A DNA stretch of 64,000 nt from Ramazzottius varieornatus. Taxonomy: Eukaryota; Animalia; Tardigrada. This document shows, piece after piece, positions 12,746 through 25,607 of the stretch. The position numbers and the translations under genes are program-made. The stretch covers positions 620,001-684,000 of the forward strand of contig BDGG01000005.1 in NCBI GenBank assembly GCA_001949185.1, given 5' to 3'. Numbering within the stretch: the stretch's first letter is position 1; the number at the start of each line of letters is the position of its first letter. The notes beneath the pieces were generated by a model, which saw only the letters and a program-made list of their open reading frames with translations, was not told the origin of the DNA and did no database searches.

Positions 12746-13355
12746 CCTGCGATTTTATCAGTGCAAAACCTCACCAACAGAACGGCGAATAGAACGGATG
12801 GACGAAGATTTTCGGGTTTGTATAAAGACTGCTTATGACTTTATCAGTGCCGCCCCAACACTTTTTAGAAAGCGTAGAATTTGATATCGGGCTTTCTAGA
12901 CTGGTACTGCGTCGTTTCTCCACGTGGCTCCTGTGAGCCCTCCAGGCACCGACTTTGCGTTTCCGGTTACGGTCTTGTACCATTGCCCATCAGCGCGGTA
13001 CACGCCCATACCGATAAGACTTTTTGTTTTCATTTGTAGGCTCATAAAAGCCTCACACTGGTTACTCGGCTTTCGAGTGCGCGTACCAAGAGAACCGATA
13101 ACCAATCTGCTGAACTACAGTATATCGTCATACACCGGTGTCTTACTGTCCCTACAAATAATAGTGAATGAAGCAGTATAAAGCCGTAAGAAAGGAAAGG
13201 CGGGTATGCAGAGGGGACCACCGCAGCGATTCTGCTTTGCTGGAGGAAGACTTTACAAGAGCTATCATGTATCAGAAGAACGTAGTATTGCTTATCATGG
13301 CGCACCAAGAAAAGGGTGCAAGACCGTGTGATGATGACTGAAAGTTCCTTTGTGT

Positions 13356-14133
13356 TCAGAAACTTGTCTGCGGACGTTTTGCGAGCCATTCTTTGATACC
13401 TTTCGTGTTGTGAATGCGGTTGACATAGTCTTTCAGCTCCGGATGCGAACCCAAAATGGATTTATCCAGCTCCACCAGTTGATCCAGGAAGTCGACTGCG
13501 CAAAAGTCCGCCCACGTTGGTCCTTGTCCGACCAAATAGCCCGACTTGGTCTGAGCAAGAATGGTCTTGTACTTTTGCAAATACGGGACAATGTCCGTGG
13601 TCAAAAACTGCTTCTTGATCTCGTCGACCTTCGGATCATTCGCCAGCAGTGCGTGGATGTACTTGACGAAACCCTTAAAGATGTCTGTAAGAAAGCCTGC
13701 ATCATCAAGATACCGGGAAAACTCACCTGCATTGCGAAACAATAAAAAGGAGATCAGCGATGTTACCTTCCGTGTAGTCTACAATAGCGTCGACTTCCGC
13801 CTCTTCCCAAGCGCCCTGTCAACATCAAAACCTTCCTTTATGTGTCCGGTCACGTCACGACAACTTCTTCAAAGATCTTACCTTTCCCGCAAAACCATGC
13901 AGCTTTGCGAAGTACCGCGCGATAGCATGGCTTTGTCCAAGGACCTTGTTGTTCACCACCACATAGGGAAGTTGGCCGAACGGAGTGTTCTCTTTCAGTT
14001 TAGGGTCCGCAACCCATTCGCCCATCGTGAGTCGCACGTCCTTGAAATTTTGGCCCGCTGCATGCAGGATCCATCGTATAACTTCCCCACGACCTCGGCT
14101 GTCGAAGTAGTACAGCGTTACAGGAGAAGACAT
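13356..14133 (-). CDS. Glutathione S-transferase, sigma-like (GST-B, tandem paralog of GST-A, 3 exons)
   Basis: MSSPVTLYYFDSRGRGEVIRWIL; TPFGQLPYVVVNNKVLGQSHAIARY; GYLVGQGPTWADF; same intron positions as GST-A. Confidence 0.95.
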
Positions 14134-14865
14134 CGTTCGACTTGGTGCTAAGCAGGTATTATACCTAACAAAGATCGCGATTCGCCGGTCGTTCAAAATA
14201 CACGCTGGAAGAAGTCACGGAAACGTAACCTGCAGTATGTTAAATATGTAGTTTCGGCAGCTGTCAATGACGGAGTTCTGCCTTGTCACGCCCGTAGGAA
14301 AGCTTCGCTAAAGTGAAGCGCTTTGTGCAGTGCTTCCAAGCATGAAATCTGCATGTCATTATCAAAACTTTCATTGCTAAACCTGACAAAAGTCCCATTG
14401 TTATTTGCTTACACTTGAGTCGCCAAAAATCAAAAGCCGAAAGGAGTTCAGTGTTAAGTCTTTCTAAAAAGATCGTTACACGACAGAAAATGCCTGGGCA
14501 TATACTGTAGATGCCCAGATCGGATAGGTGCCTAGGTCGCCGCTCCCCGTGTGCAAACTTCAAAGTAGACCTTTCAGACCTCCCTGCGTTTCCAATTTGC
14601 TTCGAAGACCGTCTTCACTCTAAGCCTACCCACTAACAAAAGCAAACCACAATGGACTGATGTCTCGAACGCGTTCGAGAATTTATGTGAACGTAAAGGT
14701 GCCGTTCCAGGAGATAAAAAGAAGTTCGGTAAACAGAAGTAAGCTTACCGGCAGAAGTTCATATTCCATTCACTCACAAACATGCAGCAGTACCTGCTGC
14801 AAACTTTCGATGGATCTGGGCATTTCTTCCGGTTTCTTGCGTCGACCAAGTGATGTGATCGACGA

Positions 14866-15947
14866 TCATTCATTCCGCTTTCTCGGTTTTTCTGGTGTGT
14901 TGCTGGTCAAAGTCTTCCGCCTCTGCGACAGCATGTGCCCAAACAGCTTAGGGAAAACTGTAAGATAAACGTAAAGGTTAGTTCGCAACTTCGCCCGATG
15001 AGCACCTTCCGTCCTCAAGGCGTTATATATGCGGGTACCTGGTATATAGCTGAGCATCAACATGATCGTCATGTAATAAACCCAGTTGAAACCTCCAACA
15101 GAAAACGGCTGCTCCGAAGCAATCTTTGGTAATGCCGCGTATGTTGTCCATAGTTCACCCTAAAACGGCCAAATATTCTTTAAAAATCAGAAGCAAGCCG
15201 AGGTTCAAGTAAATGATTGCGCACCGTTATGCCAAGCGGATACAAGACAAGGAACAGGGAGTATCGTGCCCAGACGACCGGGTCGACGTCCATTCCGACC
15301 AGGTTCAGTGCGTAGAAAGCATATCGTACTATCTCAGCTATAGTCCAGCAGATCAACGTCAGGGAGAAACCATAGCTGACGCGAGCCTACTGAGAAAAGG
15401 AAGTTCAACGATGGGGAAGACTTCGGGTGGAGAGTAGTAAGCGAGCTCCTGGACCTTACCATTGTTGAATAGTCCAAGACGCACCACAGTACGAACAGGC
15501 GTGACGCTACCTGAAGTCCCGTTATCATAGTGTTGGAGCGAACAAGTCCCATTGCCGTATGAGCCACCTGAAAAGAACACGCTTATAGTATTAACATACA
15601 GCCGTCCAGCGAGGTACTCGTATCGGCACCAGAGCAGAAACGCGCGACCACTGGAGTCCCTCATACCTCTAACACTGCCATAGTCTGGAAGACTTTGAGA
15701 GGAGGGCTCGTAGCTCTCCATAGATCTTCTCCAGTAAGTACACATCGTACAATTTGCGTAAGGATGAAGAGCCACCTGCAACCATGTACCGTGGCGCTGC
15801 TTACTTCTTCATGGAGCATAGTCTCAGTTCTAGACGACGAAACGAGCGACCGTGTTGTCGACTCGTCGTTACAAGAAGTCAAGCTTACCCACAAAGTTGC
15901 ACGATGTTGTAGGCAACCAGGTAAGTTTTGGCTGGAGTCAGTGCCAT
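14866..15947 (-). CDS. HACD: Very-long-chain 3-hydroxyacyl-CoA dehydratase (PTPLA/HACD1-2 family)
   Basis: MALTPAKTYLVAYNIVQL; LKVFQTMAVLEV; LQVASRLFVLW; AWSITEIVRY; WARYSLFLVLYPLG; YLTVFPKLFGHMLSQRRK. Confidence 0.9.
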
Positions 15948-17919
15948 CTTTTATACTGCTGCAACCTGCAAAGCATAGCGGATTAGTTGACCACCTCCGC
16001 ATTCCGTAATGCACCGGAAGTCAAAGGGCTACTTCCGGCAAACGAGCATCCACTGCCTTCTCTGCACGCAAATATGACCGTAGGGCAAGACTTCCACTAA
16101 ATTCGCTGCATACCCAAGAACAGAGAAGCTCCTACCACATAGATCCAAAATATTCCTTTTTGGAGTGGGACCGGCAGTACTGCGAAGAGTTAAAACCCAA
16201 TAGAGGGCCGGAGTCGCAAAGCTTTGGTGTTATAGGTTCCCGGACGTCTGGAAGTTGAGGCGTGCGAAGTTGCTATATCTAGAGTTGCCGATGGTTCACG
16301 TGGACAGACTTTCCAGATAACGGTCGCAGGCCGTGGACTTTGAAACAGTTCAAGGAATAGTCATTCCAGCGACCCGGACGATCCTTGGTTCTTCCCGAAG
16401 CAAAAACTACAACAAAGAAAATTCAAGCAACAGTGAGATTGCGTACGGTTGCGAGGCGGGCGTCAAAATTTCAACGTATTAGAGCAATTTCTCGGTTGGT
16501 TGCATCGTAGCAATAGCACCAATCAAAGCAGCCGAACCCAAATTCAACCGTTAAACACCACTGATGTGTTGCTAAACATCGCCTTGCTGGTGAGCAAAAC
16601 GCATGATCAAGCTTTTGATTGACATCGCCAAAGCGCAGTGTGGGGCCGATTTTAGTCATGACGTAATGAATTTGCTCATGAATCCTGATAACTAGCTAGT
16701 GATTCCGACCACTGGGAAGGCCGAGCAAAGGAAGCAAAAGATTACAGGCCAGACATTTTTACTGCGTTACGTTGCAGTTGCGAGTAAAAAATTTCTGTTG
16801 CCCGGAGCAAGTTACGCATTTGTTTTGAGTACAGAGTTTGCGATATGTGAAAGCTCGAACAGTCTGATCGTCCATTGATATCTCGACAGACTTAGAAGGG
16901 CTTCGCTTCGCTCGGCCTGAAAAGCGCTGTTTGATTAAACTGGAATATCAGTCAATCTACCACTCCCGCGTCCAGGGCCTGAAACAAAATATATCAGTTC
17001 TCCGATTTATTGAATGCTTGACCTGCCACAGGGTTCGAAAAAGCGACGGAACCACGTTCGATACGATGGTTTCCAGTTCACGAGTCGGTGCTGCACCATT
17101 TTGATGGCTGGATGTTTCAAAAATTTCGTATTTGGCTCACCATGCTCAGATGGAGGCGAGGTTTAGCAGCACTCCAGTGTTAACTTAAACACAAATACAA
17201 CCCCACATCGCGCAGTTTCGTTCTTGAGCACAGATGGCCTAAAAACCTTCATCAGTTTTTGTGGAAGACCGTAGACGTATCTTCCTTCAGCTTCCTCCCT
17301 AGCTGTCTTCAGATCGTTTTCGATTTAGAGAACAACTGCTATGTCTGGAGGATGATTTGGATGTTGTGCGGAGGTTCGGCTCCCCAGGAACATCTGCGTT
17401 AGCGGTAAGTTTGCATAGTACTTCCGGTCACCATCCCCGTAGCACAACTAGCCTCTGCAGGCTGTAGCTTTGTCGTCCAGACTACAAGTACAGGTCGAGA
17501 TCCCGCTGGAGATTCAGGTTATCGGATATTCTCGCGTTTATTGCAGGTTGTCGGAGTGATCAAGAATCGATATCGAGCATCGGATTAACCACTGCGTCAG
17601 CACTAGTCTCTTGAATTACACAAATTTCAAGTGGTCCCTACGTGGCGACTGAATAAAAGATTTCTCGGCGGAAGACGGAATGCCTTGTCTCGACGTTTAG
17701 AGTCTCAGGCCAAACCAGCTGATATTCCCCATTGAGAATACAGCAGAGAGTGCGTACGCATTGCTCTTATTCATCACTCTTTCGTATCATAATTATAACC
17801 AGAAGGTATAGTTATCGATAATGGCCTCTCTCTTGCAGGCGCCGTGGTTCAGCAAAGGCCGATCACGCTTTAGACCGCTTATCCCTTCAGCCCATAACGC
17901 CAGGCAGATCCAGTTAGTC

Positions 17920-20060
17920 ATGGAGCGGCAATATCTGGTCGATACAGAAGATGCGTCGGAATCTACGGAATTTCTGCCTACTGATGGACGAAGACCACCT
18001 CGGTTCGTCCATTTTTTTCAGTTAACTTTTTCTTTTATTTTTTCTGACATGGTGTGCTGCTGTTGGACAGTTCCAAGGAGCGCAGGAGAACGAATCAAGC
18101 GCCCGTTGGTGTATTGATCCTTCAGCGCCTGTGTATCCCAACCACGGCCAACCGCGCATTATGGTATCGGGTATACATCCTGGTGCTGACTTTCATCTTC
18201 TACGTTACCTACCATTTATCCCGGAGACCGCTAAGTATCGTCAAGACTGTCCTGCATCAGAACTGTTCGCCCCTCACGCCACCCGCAAAGTCGAACCCGG
18301 CGGAGAATGAAACTTGGTGCAGCTGGAAACCTTTCGAGCAGTCCAACAACCAGGAACTCTTCGCTGTACTGGACTTCGCGTATTGGCTGGCCTATGCTTT
18401 TGGCATGTTTTTTGCCGGTAAGAAACACGGGGAAGTTTCAGTCCCATTTGTCTAATCTATCTGGCATTCGGGATGTCGGCAAACGACTTGAACATGATTG
18501 CTTTCCGCAGTGGCGTACACTTTGACTCAGTTACAAGTAAACTGTGCGCCACTTGAGATAACGATCATGTTCAATTCATTTGCAGACGGCCCATTTATCT
18601 TGCTTTGTTTTAGATATTATTGAGAAATAGTTTTTTTTGTTTTTAGGACACATTGCCGAACGTACTAACCTCCGCCATTTCCTCACATTCGGCATGATGG
18701 GCGCCGGGCTCTTCACCATCTGTTTCGGGATGGCGCAAATCTGGGAGATCCATAGCTTTTCGTATTTCGTGGCTGTGCAGATCTTCGGAGGCATCTTCCA
18801 GTCGACAGGTTGGCCAAGTGTGGTAACCCTCGTAGGCAACTGGTTCGGCAAGAAGCGTCTGGGTCTAATCTTCGGGGTGTGGAACTCACACACTTCCGTT
18901 GGCAACATCCTTGGTGCAGTCATAGCTGGCGTTTGGGTGAACCAAAACTGGGGCTACTCTTTCATAATTCCCGGTTTGATCATCCTTGTGACGGGCCTGC
19001 TGGCTAACCTCTTCGTGGTGGAGAAACCGGAAGATGTGTTGTTACCTCAACCTGATCACGTGGGCGACAATCGTTTGCCTGGTAAGTTCATTGATGACCC
19101 CGTTCAATCTGGATAGGGCACGGCCGCGATGAGGCTTCCAACAAGGCCGTGCTGTAAGTTAAGATTTCACCGCGGGAAACATCACAATGATCAACGATCA
19201 TTTCACTTCTAATATTCAATGGAAAATAAATTTTTGGTGTTTCAGGTGCGCCTTCCGCCGACTGCTTGAGAACTGAGGAGTATGGTCAAGTGGACGTCCA
19301 GAAGTCTGACAGCGATATAGCCGTGATTTCCGTAGGCGATAACAAGCCCATCTCGATACCCCGCGCTTTACGAATTCCCGGTGTCGTTGAATTCTCAGTC
19401 TGCTTGTTCTTTGCCAAAGCTGTATCTTACACCTTTCTCTTATGGCTACCGAAGTATATCAAGAGCGTCAGCCAAGTGGAAAACGACATTGCTGCTGATC
19501 TCTCGGCGATTTTTGATGCAGGTACTGAAACACCACTTCACATTCATAACACGTTCGACTGTATATCCCAACCGAGGTTCGTCTTCTCAGGTGGTATCGT
19601 CGGTGGCATCGTAGCAGGTGTGGTCTCCGATGCAACAGGCGCAAGTGCTACCGTCTGCGGTGTGATGTTCCTCTTAGCAGCTCCTTCGCTGTGGCTGATC
19701 ATGGTATATGGCGGCTACAGTATTCCCGTGCTGATCGCGCTACTTCTCTTCGGTGGGCTGATTATCAGTGGTCCTTACGCGCTGATCACGACAGCGGTCT
19801 CCGCGGATCTGGGAACTCATCCTAGTCTGACCGGCAACGCCAAGGCCTTGGCGACTGTGACAGCCATCATTGACGGAACAGGATCGATGGGCGCGGCTTT
19901 CGGCCCCCTGGCAGCTGGTTTGATTTCCACTAGAGGCTGGGACGCCGTGTTTTACTCGTTAACAGCAGCACAACTTGTGGCTTTGATGTGTTTAACTAGA
20001 TTAATCTATCGAGAAATACGAGGGTGGTTGGCTGTTCGTAGAGAAGTTCGGAATCTATGA
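17920..20060 (+). CDS. SLC37A: SLC37-family sugar-phosphate/phosphate exchanger (SLC37A1/A2-like); start could be 17821
   Basis: [12 protein letters not shown]; [40 protein letters not shown]; [20 protein letters not shown]; [15 protein letters not shown]. Confidence 0.93.
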
Positions 20061-20390
20061 GAGTTACTACGATTCTCACGTTGGGTTTTCACTGTATCTT
20101 TTTCATCTTATAGTTATATAGACTCAGTATAGAGCTTACTGCTGTTTGTGTGATATGCCATGCAGCTTGTGATTTATAATTTTGATTTCTTAAAAAAGAT
20201 CTATTCTATAGATTTCTTAAAAAGATAGATTTCCTAAAAAATAACATCAGAAAGTCGCTGAGTACCGTACAATAAAATCACGTTGGAGACGAACAGTCAT
20301 TAACCTGCATACAGAAAACCATCTATGAGCTCCAACGTGCAGCGTATGCACGTGCATGGCAACATCTCAGTTACCGAATTACAGCAACGA

Positions 20391-21927
20391 TCAGCACGAC
20401 TCATGCGTGTCTCGCCACTTTCTGTACTTTTGAAGAGTTGCCTGATCGTTAGTTGGCTTAATATGTTTTAGAACTTCCACCACGTCTTCGGTGGTTGTCG
20501 GATTCAGGATGAATTTCCTTCCCGGCGTGAGTTCCTCAGCGTTGTCTTCTTCCAATACGCTGAATATCTTCCTCAGGGTTCTCATCAACGTTTCTTTCGC
20601 TACAAGATAAAGATCACTACCGGAGTATCCCTCTGTGCAGTCCGCGGCGATAAGGTCGTAGTCTATCGTAGTGCGAATCTGCAGGGGATGGTCCTTCAGT
20701 ACAGGTGGCAGGAACGAAGTTAGCATGGCGTGTCGTGCTTCCTTGTTGGGCAAGTCCACCATGACGCGTTTCTCCAGACGGCGCATCATAGCGTTGTCTA
20801 GTTCCCAGGGAAGGTTCGATGCGGCTAGCACGAATACCACGTCATCCGACCGCTGCAAACCATCCATCTGAATGAGTATTTCAGTTTTCATGCGGCGACT
20901 GCCCTCATGTTCGTTACTGTTCCCTCTTTGGCCCATGAGCGAGTCTATCTCGTCCAGGAAGATACACGAAGGTGCGCACTTTCGGGCCATTTCGAACAGT
21001 ACGCGTACCAACTTCTCCGATTCCCCACGCCATTTACTGACTACGGTTGATGCCGTGATGTTGAAAAAGGAGGTCCTGCATTCGGTTGCAACCGCCTTGG
21101 CCAACATTGTCTTCCCAGTTCCTGAATGACAAATCATACAGAGTATATTCTCGCGAGAAAGAAAACATAGAGCTTCGTATGAAGCACGTACCCGGAGGAC
21201 CAGCTAGGAGAAGACCGCGCCACGGTGCCAGAATCCCCTTGAACAGTTCCGGAAACCTCACAGGGTATACCACGGACTCTTTCACTAGTCGCTTTGCGTT
21301 CTCCATACCCTTGATATCATCCCAGTGCACTTTAGGGTCCTCGAAGTACATTTCCTTACCAATTAGTCGGGCGAGGTCGTAAAGTTCCGGGTGAAGCTCA
21401 TATGAGCTCACGGCTTCGCTGAGCTTGCTCATCGAACTAAGAGAGGTCCCGTCTCCCTTATCATTTGCCGAGTTCTTGCTGAAAGCATTGTTCTTCGCAG
21501 GGAAGAAAAGCTTTCTCTTAATGATATCCAAGTTGTCTCCAGCGGAAACTGTCTGTGGCTTCTCTACCATGGTCAAGCTCTTGGAACTTCCGGTTGGAGC
21601 CAGTTTTTTTCGGACTGTCGGCGCGTGTGGCTTCTCTTCGGGTAAAAGCTGCCTGACAAACCGAGGCTTTTTTTGCGATCGAGCCAGGTAGTTACATTCG
21701 TATTCAAGGAACACCGTGTTCAGATCCATGTTGTCACATACTTTCAGTCCGGAGATGTCTTGATGCGTGGTCCTCATCTCACGGACTAACGTGTCGGCTG
21801 TCTCCAGCATACCATTTTCTTTCAAGTAATGCAGAAACAGTACCATGATGCTCTTGTGACGTTCACTTCTCTGTTTATTTTCAAGAGACCGAGCTTCCGA
21901 CGCTAGCTTTATCGATGCGAGGTCCAT
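20391..21927 (-). CDS. KATNAL2: Katanin p60 ATPase-containing subunit A-like 2
   Basis: N-terminal LisH-like [18 protein letters not shown] and VCDNMDL; AAA Walker A GPPGTGKT split by one intron; [12 protein letters not shown]; FLDEIDS; [10 protein letters not shown]. Confidence 0.92.
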
Positions 21928-22162
21928 CTCACCCGTCACAAATTTCTAGAAAGGGCTAATTATATTACAACAGAAAACAACCAAATGTAAAAAGAACACT
22001 GTCAAGAGAAGGAAAGCGATTTTCTAACCTTCGTCAACTTGGATAAAAGTTCAAAACATGCATCGCTGGAAGCCGAACAAACGAGTTGCGTCAAGAAACT
22101 TTCGTGGTGTCCTTCGCAGTTGTTTCTGCGGAAGTGTCCAAACAATGAGGATTTTGGGCGTA

Positions 22163-23045
22163 CTACTTCGATTCCCCGCTCACCCCCTGCGACAGCTGGT
22201 TCGGTACGGATTTCTCTTCGTCTTCAATATCGCTGGAATCGGATTCAGGCTCCTTAGCCGCCGGAGATCCGCAACTTCCTTTCGATCGTTTCGCCTGTTG
22301 TTTGGCTTTCTTCTTCAGCCTCTTGGCACGACTTTTTGCACTCTTCAGATCCTCTAGACGTTGCTGCTCCGCTGCTTTCTTCTCAAATTCAGTTTGTGCT
22401 TCGTCCTGCAAAACTCATCTCTATAGCGTTAGACCAGATAACGCTCACACAACCATAAGCTTCCGGCGCCGAAGTCAGCGGAAGTAGATTAATCGCTAGG
22501 ATGGTAGCCCGCACTCAGATTAACATACCTTTTTCGCCTGCTCCTCGATATATTTCATCCGGTTCTGTTCTTTCCTTCTTAGATTTCGGTAGATGTGGAA
22601 TTCACCACTCCCAGCACCTGCACTACAAACAAGCAGACATGCGTACAATTCGAGCCAACTTCACAAACAGCAGCGATTAAATACTATTAGTGCTAAACTT
22701 GGCAAGGATATAAAACCTCATCTCACCTTGATCCCATATAAAAGCGAACGTATTCTGCCGGCGGTGGAGGAGCACGGTCTTTCGGGCGATCTGGAATGTG
22801 AGCAGGTTTTTCCTACGATATAAAAATCACGATAAACTGCAGTTTCGGGTGGAACGGCTAAGGCTATATAGCGGACACTGCCGTAGTTGGTAAAAGAGCG
22901 GAATGTAACAGGTACGTATACTCACGGGATTTGCCATCAGCCTCTCCAGCCGCAAACGCTGAACCTCTGTTGCTTTGTTGCCATGTATCCCAACAGATGC
23001 GGAGATCTCTTCTTCATCATCCGGACTGGATCCACGAGCACTCAT
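22163..23045 (-). CDS. PRKRIP1: PRKR-interacting protein 1 homolog (DUF1168, spliceosome factor)
   Basis: [37 protein letters not shown]; basic coiled coil KSRAKRLKKKAK. Confidence 0.92.
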
Positions 23046-23501
23046 CTTCGTAGCCCAAGTGTAAACAACACCTCCAGCGTGAGATGTCCTTTCGCAGCTC
23101 ACCAAGCAGTTCTCAATGGCCCGGCGTAGTGGTCCCCGGTAGTACAGAGTGATCGTACGGGGATTTGATTCTAGGCCGTATTAGAACTGAGAACAAAGTG
23201 AGACCGTGAGAGTGGAGAAGTAGAGACTAGAGACTGAGGAAAATCAAAACAAATCGGTCATCTTATCGGTACGCGTATTCGTATGTCATGTAAGAACGCC
23301 TGACTTATGACATCATGATCGAATAACCAGATGATTATGACTGCAGCAGACGCCGGGAATCCTTCCTAATTTAACGTTATTCCAAACTAAACTCCAAAGT
23401 CGTGCTTCCTCCGTATTTCCCTACCAAGAATCATTCAAGAAGTGGATAACGAGGAACTCCGTTGTCGGACTGCGCGTTGGTGAAATCGTAATAGCGCCGA
23501 G

Positions 23502-24272
23502 ATGTCGTCAATGGAGCCAGGACCGAGTACAGGAGATCATCCGCTACCTGTAGTCGCACAAGTGAGCACTGAACACCGTTTTCTCGTGTTTGGGAGCAAA
23601 CATCGGCCCTCGAAGGTCCCAAACTCTTTTGCTATTAAGCTGTGACGTTGGAAATCACTGGTGCTATTGTGAAATCCGCCAGTGGTTCTCGTTGTAGGCT
23701 CCCTTCTATGCCGTACATCCGAGGACGGATTGCCCACACGTCGAAAGCAATGTCGCGCCACTTCCAGAAGCAGGCTTAGACGCCTCCGCACCATGCTCCA
23801 CCTGTCAAGACCCGACGGAAAACTGGGTTTGTCTAAAGTGCTTCAGAGTAAGACGACGCGAGAAGTGAAATTGCAAGAAAATTCAAGCGGAATAACTTGT
23901 TGATTTTTTTGTAGGTGTTTTGCAGTCGGTATATCAACGGAGATATGGCGCAACATATGGGCGAAACCGGACATAAAGTGGCTTTGAGTTTCGCGGACAT
24001 GTCTGTATGGTGCGATGGCTGCGACTCCTACATTTCTCATGAGGTAGGTCTGTGTTCCCCTGCGACTGTGTGATGAATGTAACCGAGTTTAATGTCGCGG
24101 TTCCGCTCGGTCGTCTTCGAAGGTGACCAGCTCCAAGAGGAAACGATAGTGATTTAGTAAAGTCGCGCTTTTTCAGGTGGTTCGACCGGCGAAACGGGCA
24201 GCATACCGCAGCAAATTTGGAGAAGATTTCCCCGAGAACAGCGAGGACGCAGAAAACAGCGCAGCTCGGTAG
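23502..24272 (+). CDS. Stand-alone HDAC6-type ZnF-UBP (BUZ) ubiquitin-binding protein, 144 aa, 4 exons (23502-23561, 23698-23847, 23915-24043, 24177-24272)
   Basis: Spliced: FYAVHPRTDCPHVESNVAPLPEAGLDASAPCSTCQDPTENWVCLKCFRVFCSRYINGDMAQHMGETGHKVALSFADMSVWCDGCDSYISHEVVRPAKRAAYRSKFGEDFP, colinear with the HDAC6 C-terminal finger; all introns phase 0 GT-AG. Confidence 0.88.
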
Positions 24273-24652
24273 TTGTTCGCGGACCCCGAAGGTTGTCACT
24301 TCAGCTAGCAATGTACACTCCTTGATCCCGATCTGCCGCAGGCTACTCGAGTATCGAGAGAACATGGAAAGGAAATCGCGGTAAAATAAGCAGCAATTTC
24401 TCGGATGTCTTTCTCTGCCTTGTACAGGTTTGGAGCTTTACTCAACTTCGCGAAAGAAGGATATGCATAACTCGCCGTTCTCAGCTTTTCCAATAATGGA
24501 AGAAAGTTACCGAATACATGTTTAGATATATTATGCTGATGCAACAAAGCAACAAAATCCGATCATATCACTGAACACTTCGGTAAGACCGTAAGATTGA
24601 AAAGAAAGAAAAGGGAAATAATCTGAGCCAGGGGAAGCATTCCATATCACAG

Positions 24653-25499
24653 TCACACTTCCGCGTTTCCGGAAATATTGGGCTCAATTTTCTCGCCATT
24701 GATTTCCACAACCCATGCATTTGTAAAATATCGTGGCGGCTTCGTCGGCGGATCGAGTCTGCATTTCCGTATAGTACGCTCGCTTGTGATTACATTTTGG
24801 ACAGGTCGCTGAAACGAAGAACGATGTGGTACTTGAATGGAATACTTAGGCTGCGTTTTGTAAGTGGTTGTCGCAGTTAGGCAGGTAAACATAAATCCGA
24901 GATATTAACATCACTAGTTGCACTAGCTCAAATCAATCCTCTTACCATCAGTCTGGTCTCTGCCGACATCCGAGTCGCTAGACAGAACTTCCGAGACCTC
25001 TTTTAGTTTCGGGTAGTACGAGCAGACCAACTGCAATTATTAGAGAACAACAAACGACGTTAGCACTTCCGGTGCGAACTAGAGTAGCATATACTGCATC
25101 GAAAATCGCCTTGGCTGTAGGAACATGGGTTCTAATCCCATCCCGTCCAAAAGCATACGAATATCCTGAGAAGGAAAGCAAAGGACCGTTATATCGATAT
25201 ACTTTCCTTACCTTTCCTCCTGGGAAGTCAGCCACAGGAATCTCCAGTTTGCACACTTGACATACCACTTGATATCCTCCGTGACTGCCGCGTAGATCCT
25301 CCGGCCGCAGAACTTGCATGAAGCCCCTACACGATTCGCAGATGACGATCATCTTTGTCCCAAAGAAGGAGGCGATCGCAACTGCTCTCTCGGCGGAAGG
25401 AAGGGACCGGGAGGATCGTTTTTTGAAACCAAAACAAATGGGCCAGCGGCAGAGTAGAACAGTAAGGCGGGGCCAGATGTCATCATATGGAGCAGGCAT
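24653..25499 (-). CDS. Hypothetical protein with two CxxC pairs and a hydrophobic segment (weak TMEM55/LITAF-like zinc-ribbon resemblance)
   Basis: ORF MIVICESCRGFMQV...YQVVCQVCKLEIPVADFPGGK...VVCCSLIIAVGLLVL; probable further exon 24653-24890. Confidence 0.35.
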
Positions 25500-25607
25500 A
25501 ACGATTTGAGAATATTCATATCCGACCAATCGGTGAAAAGAACCCTCAAGTCCAAGAATTTTGAGTGGCCCACGAGTAACAGCTTTCTCTTGGCTCCCGT
25601 TCTATGG

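Noticed and set aside
13561-14151. Long plus-strand ORF (196 aa) and similar antisense ORFs over Tango1, Drosha and KATNAL2
   Set aside because: Shadow frames of real genes on the opposite strand; no independent protein features.
15029-15036. Perfect GCM binding site ATGCGGGT
   Set aside because: Single 8-mer inside the HACD gene body, 6 kb from gcm; expected by chance.
20183-20242. Short GATTTCTTAAAAAGAT repeats
   Set aside because: Low-complexity slippage in the AT-rich UTR between convergent genes.
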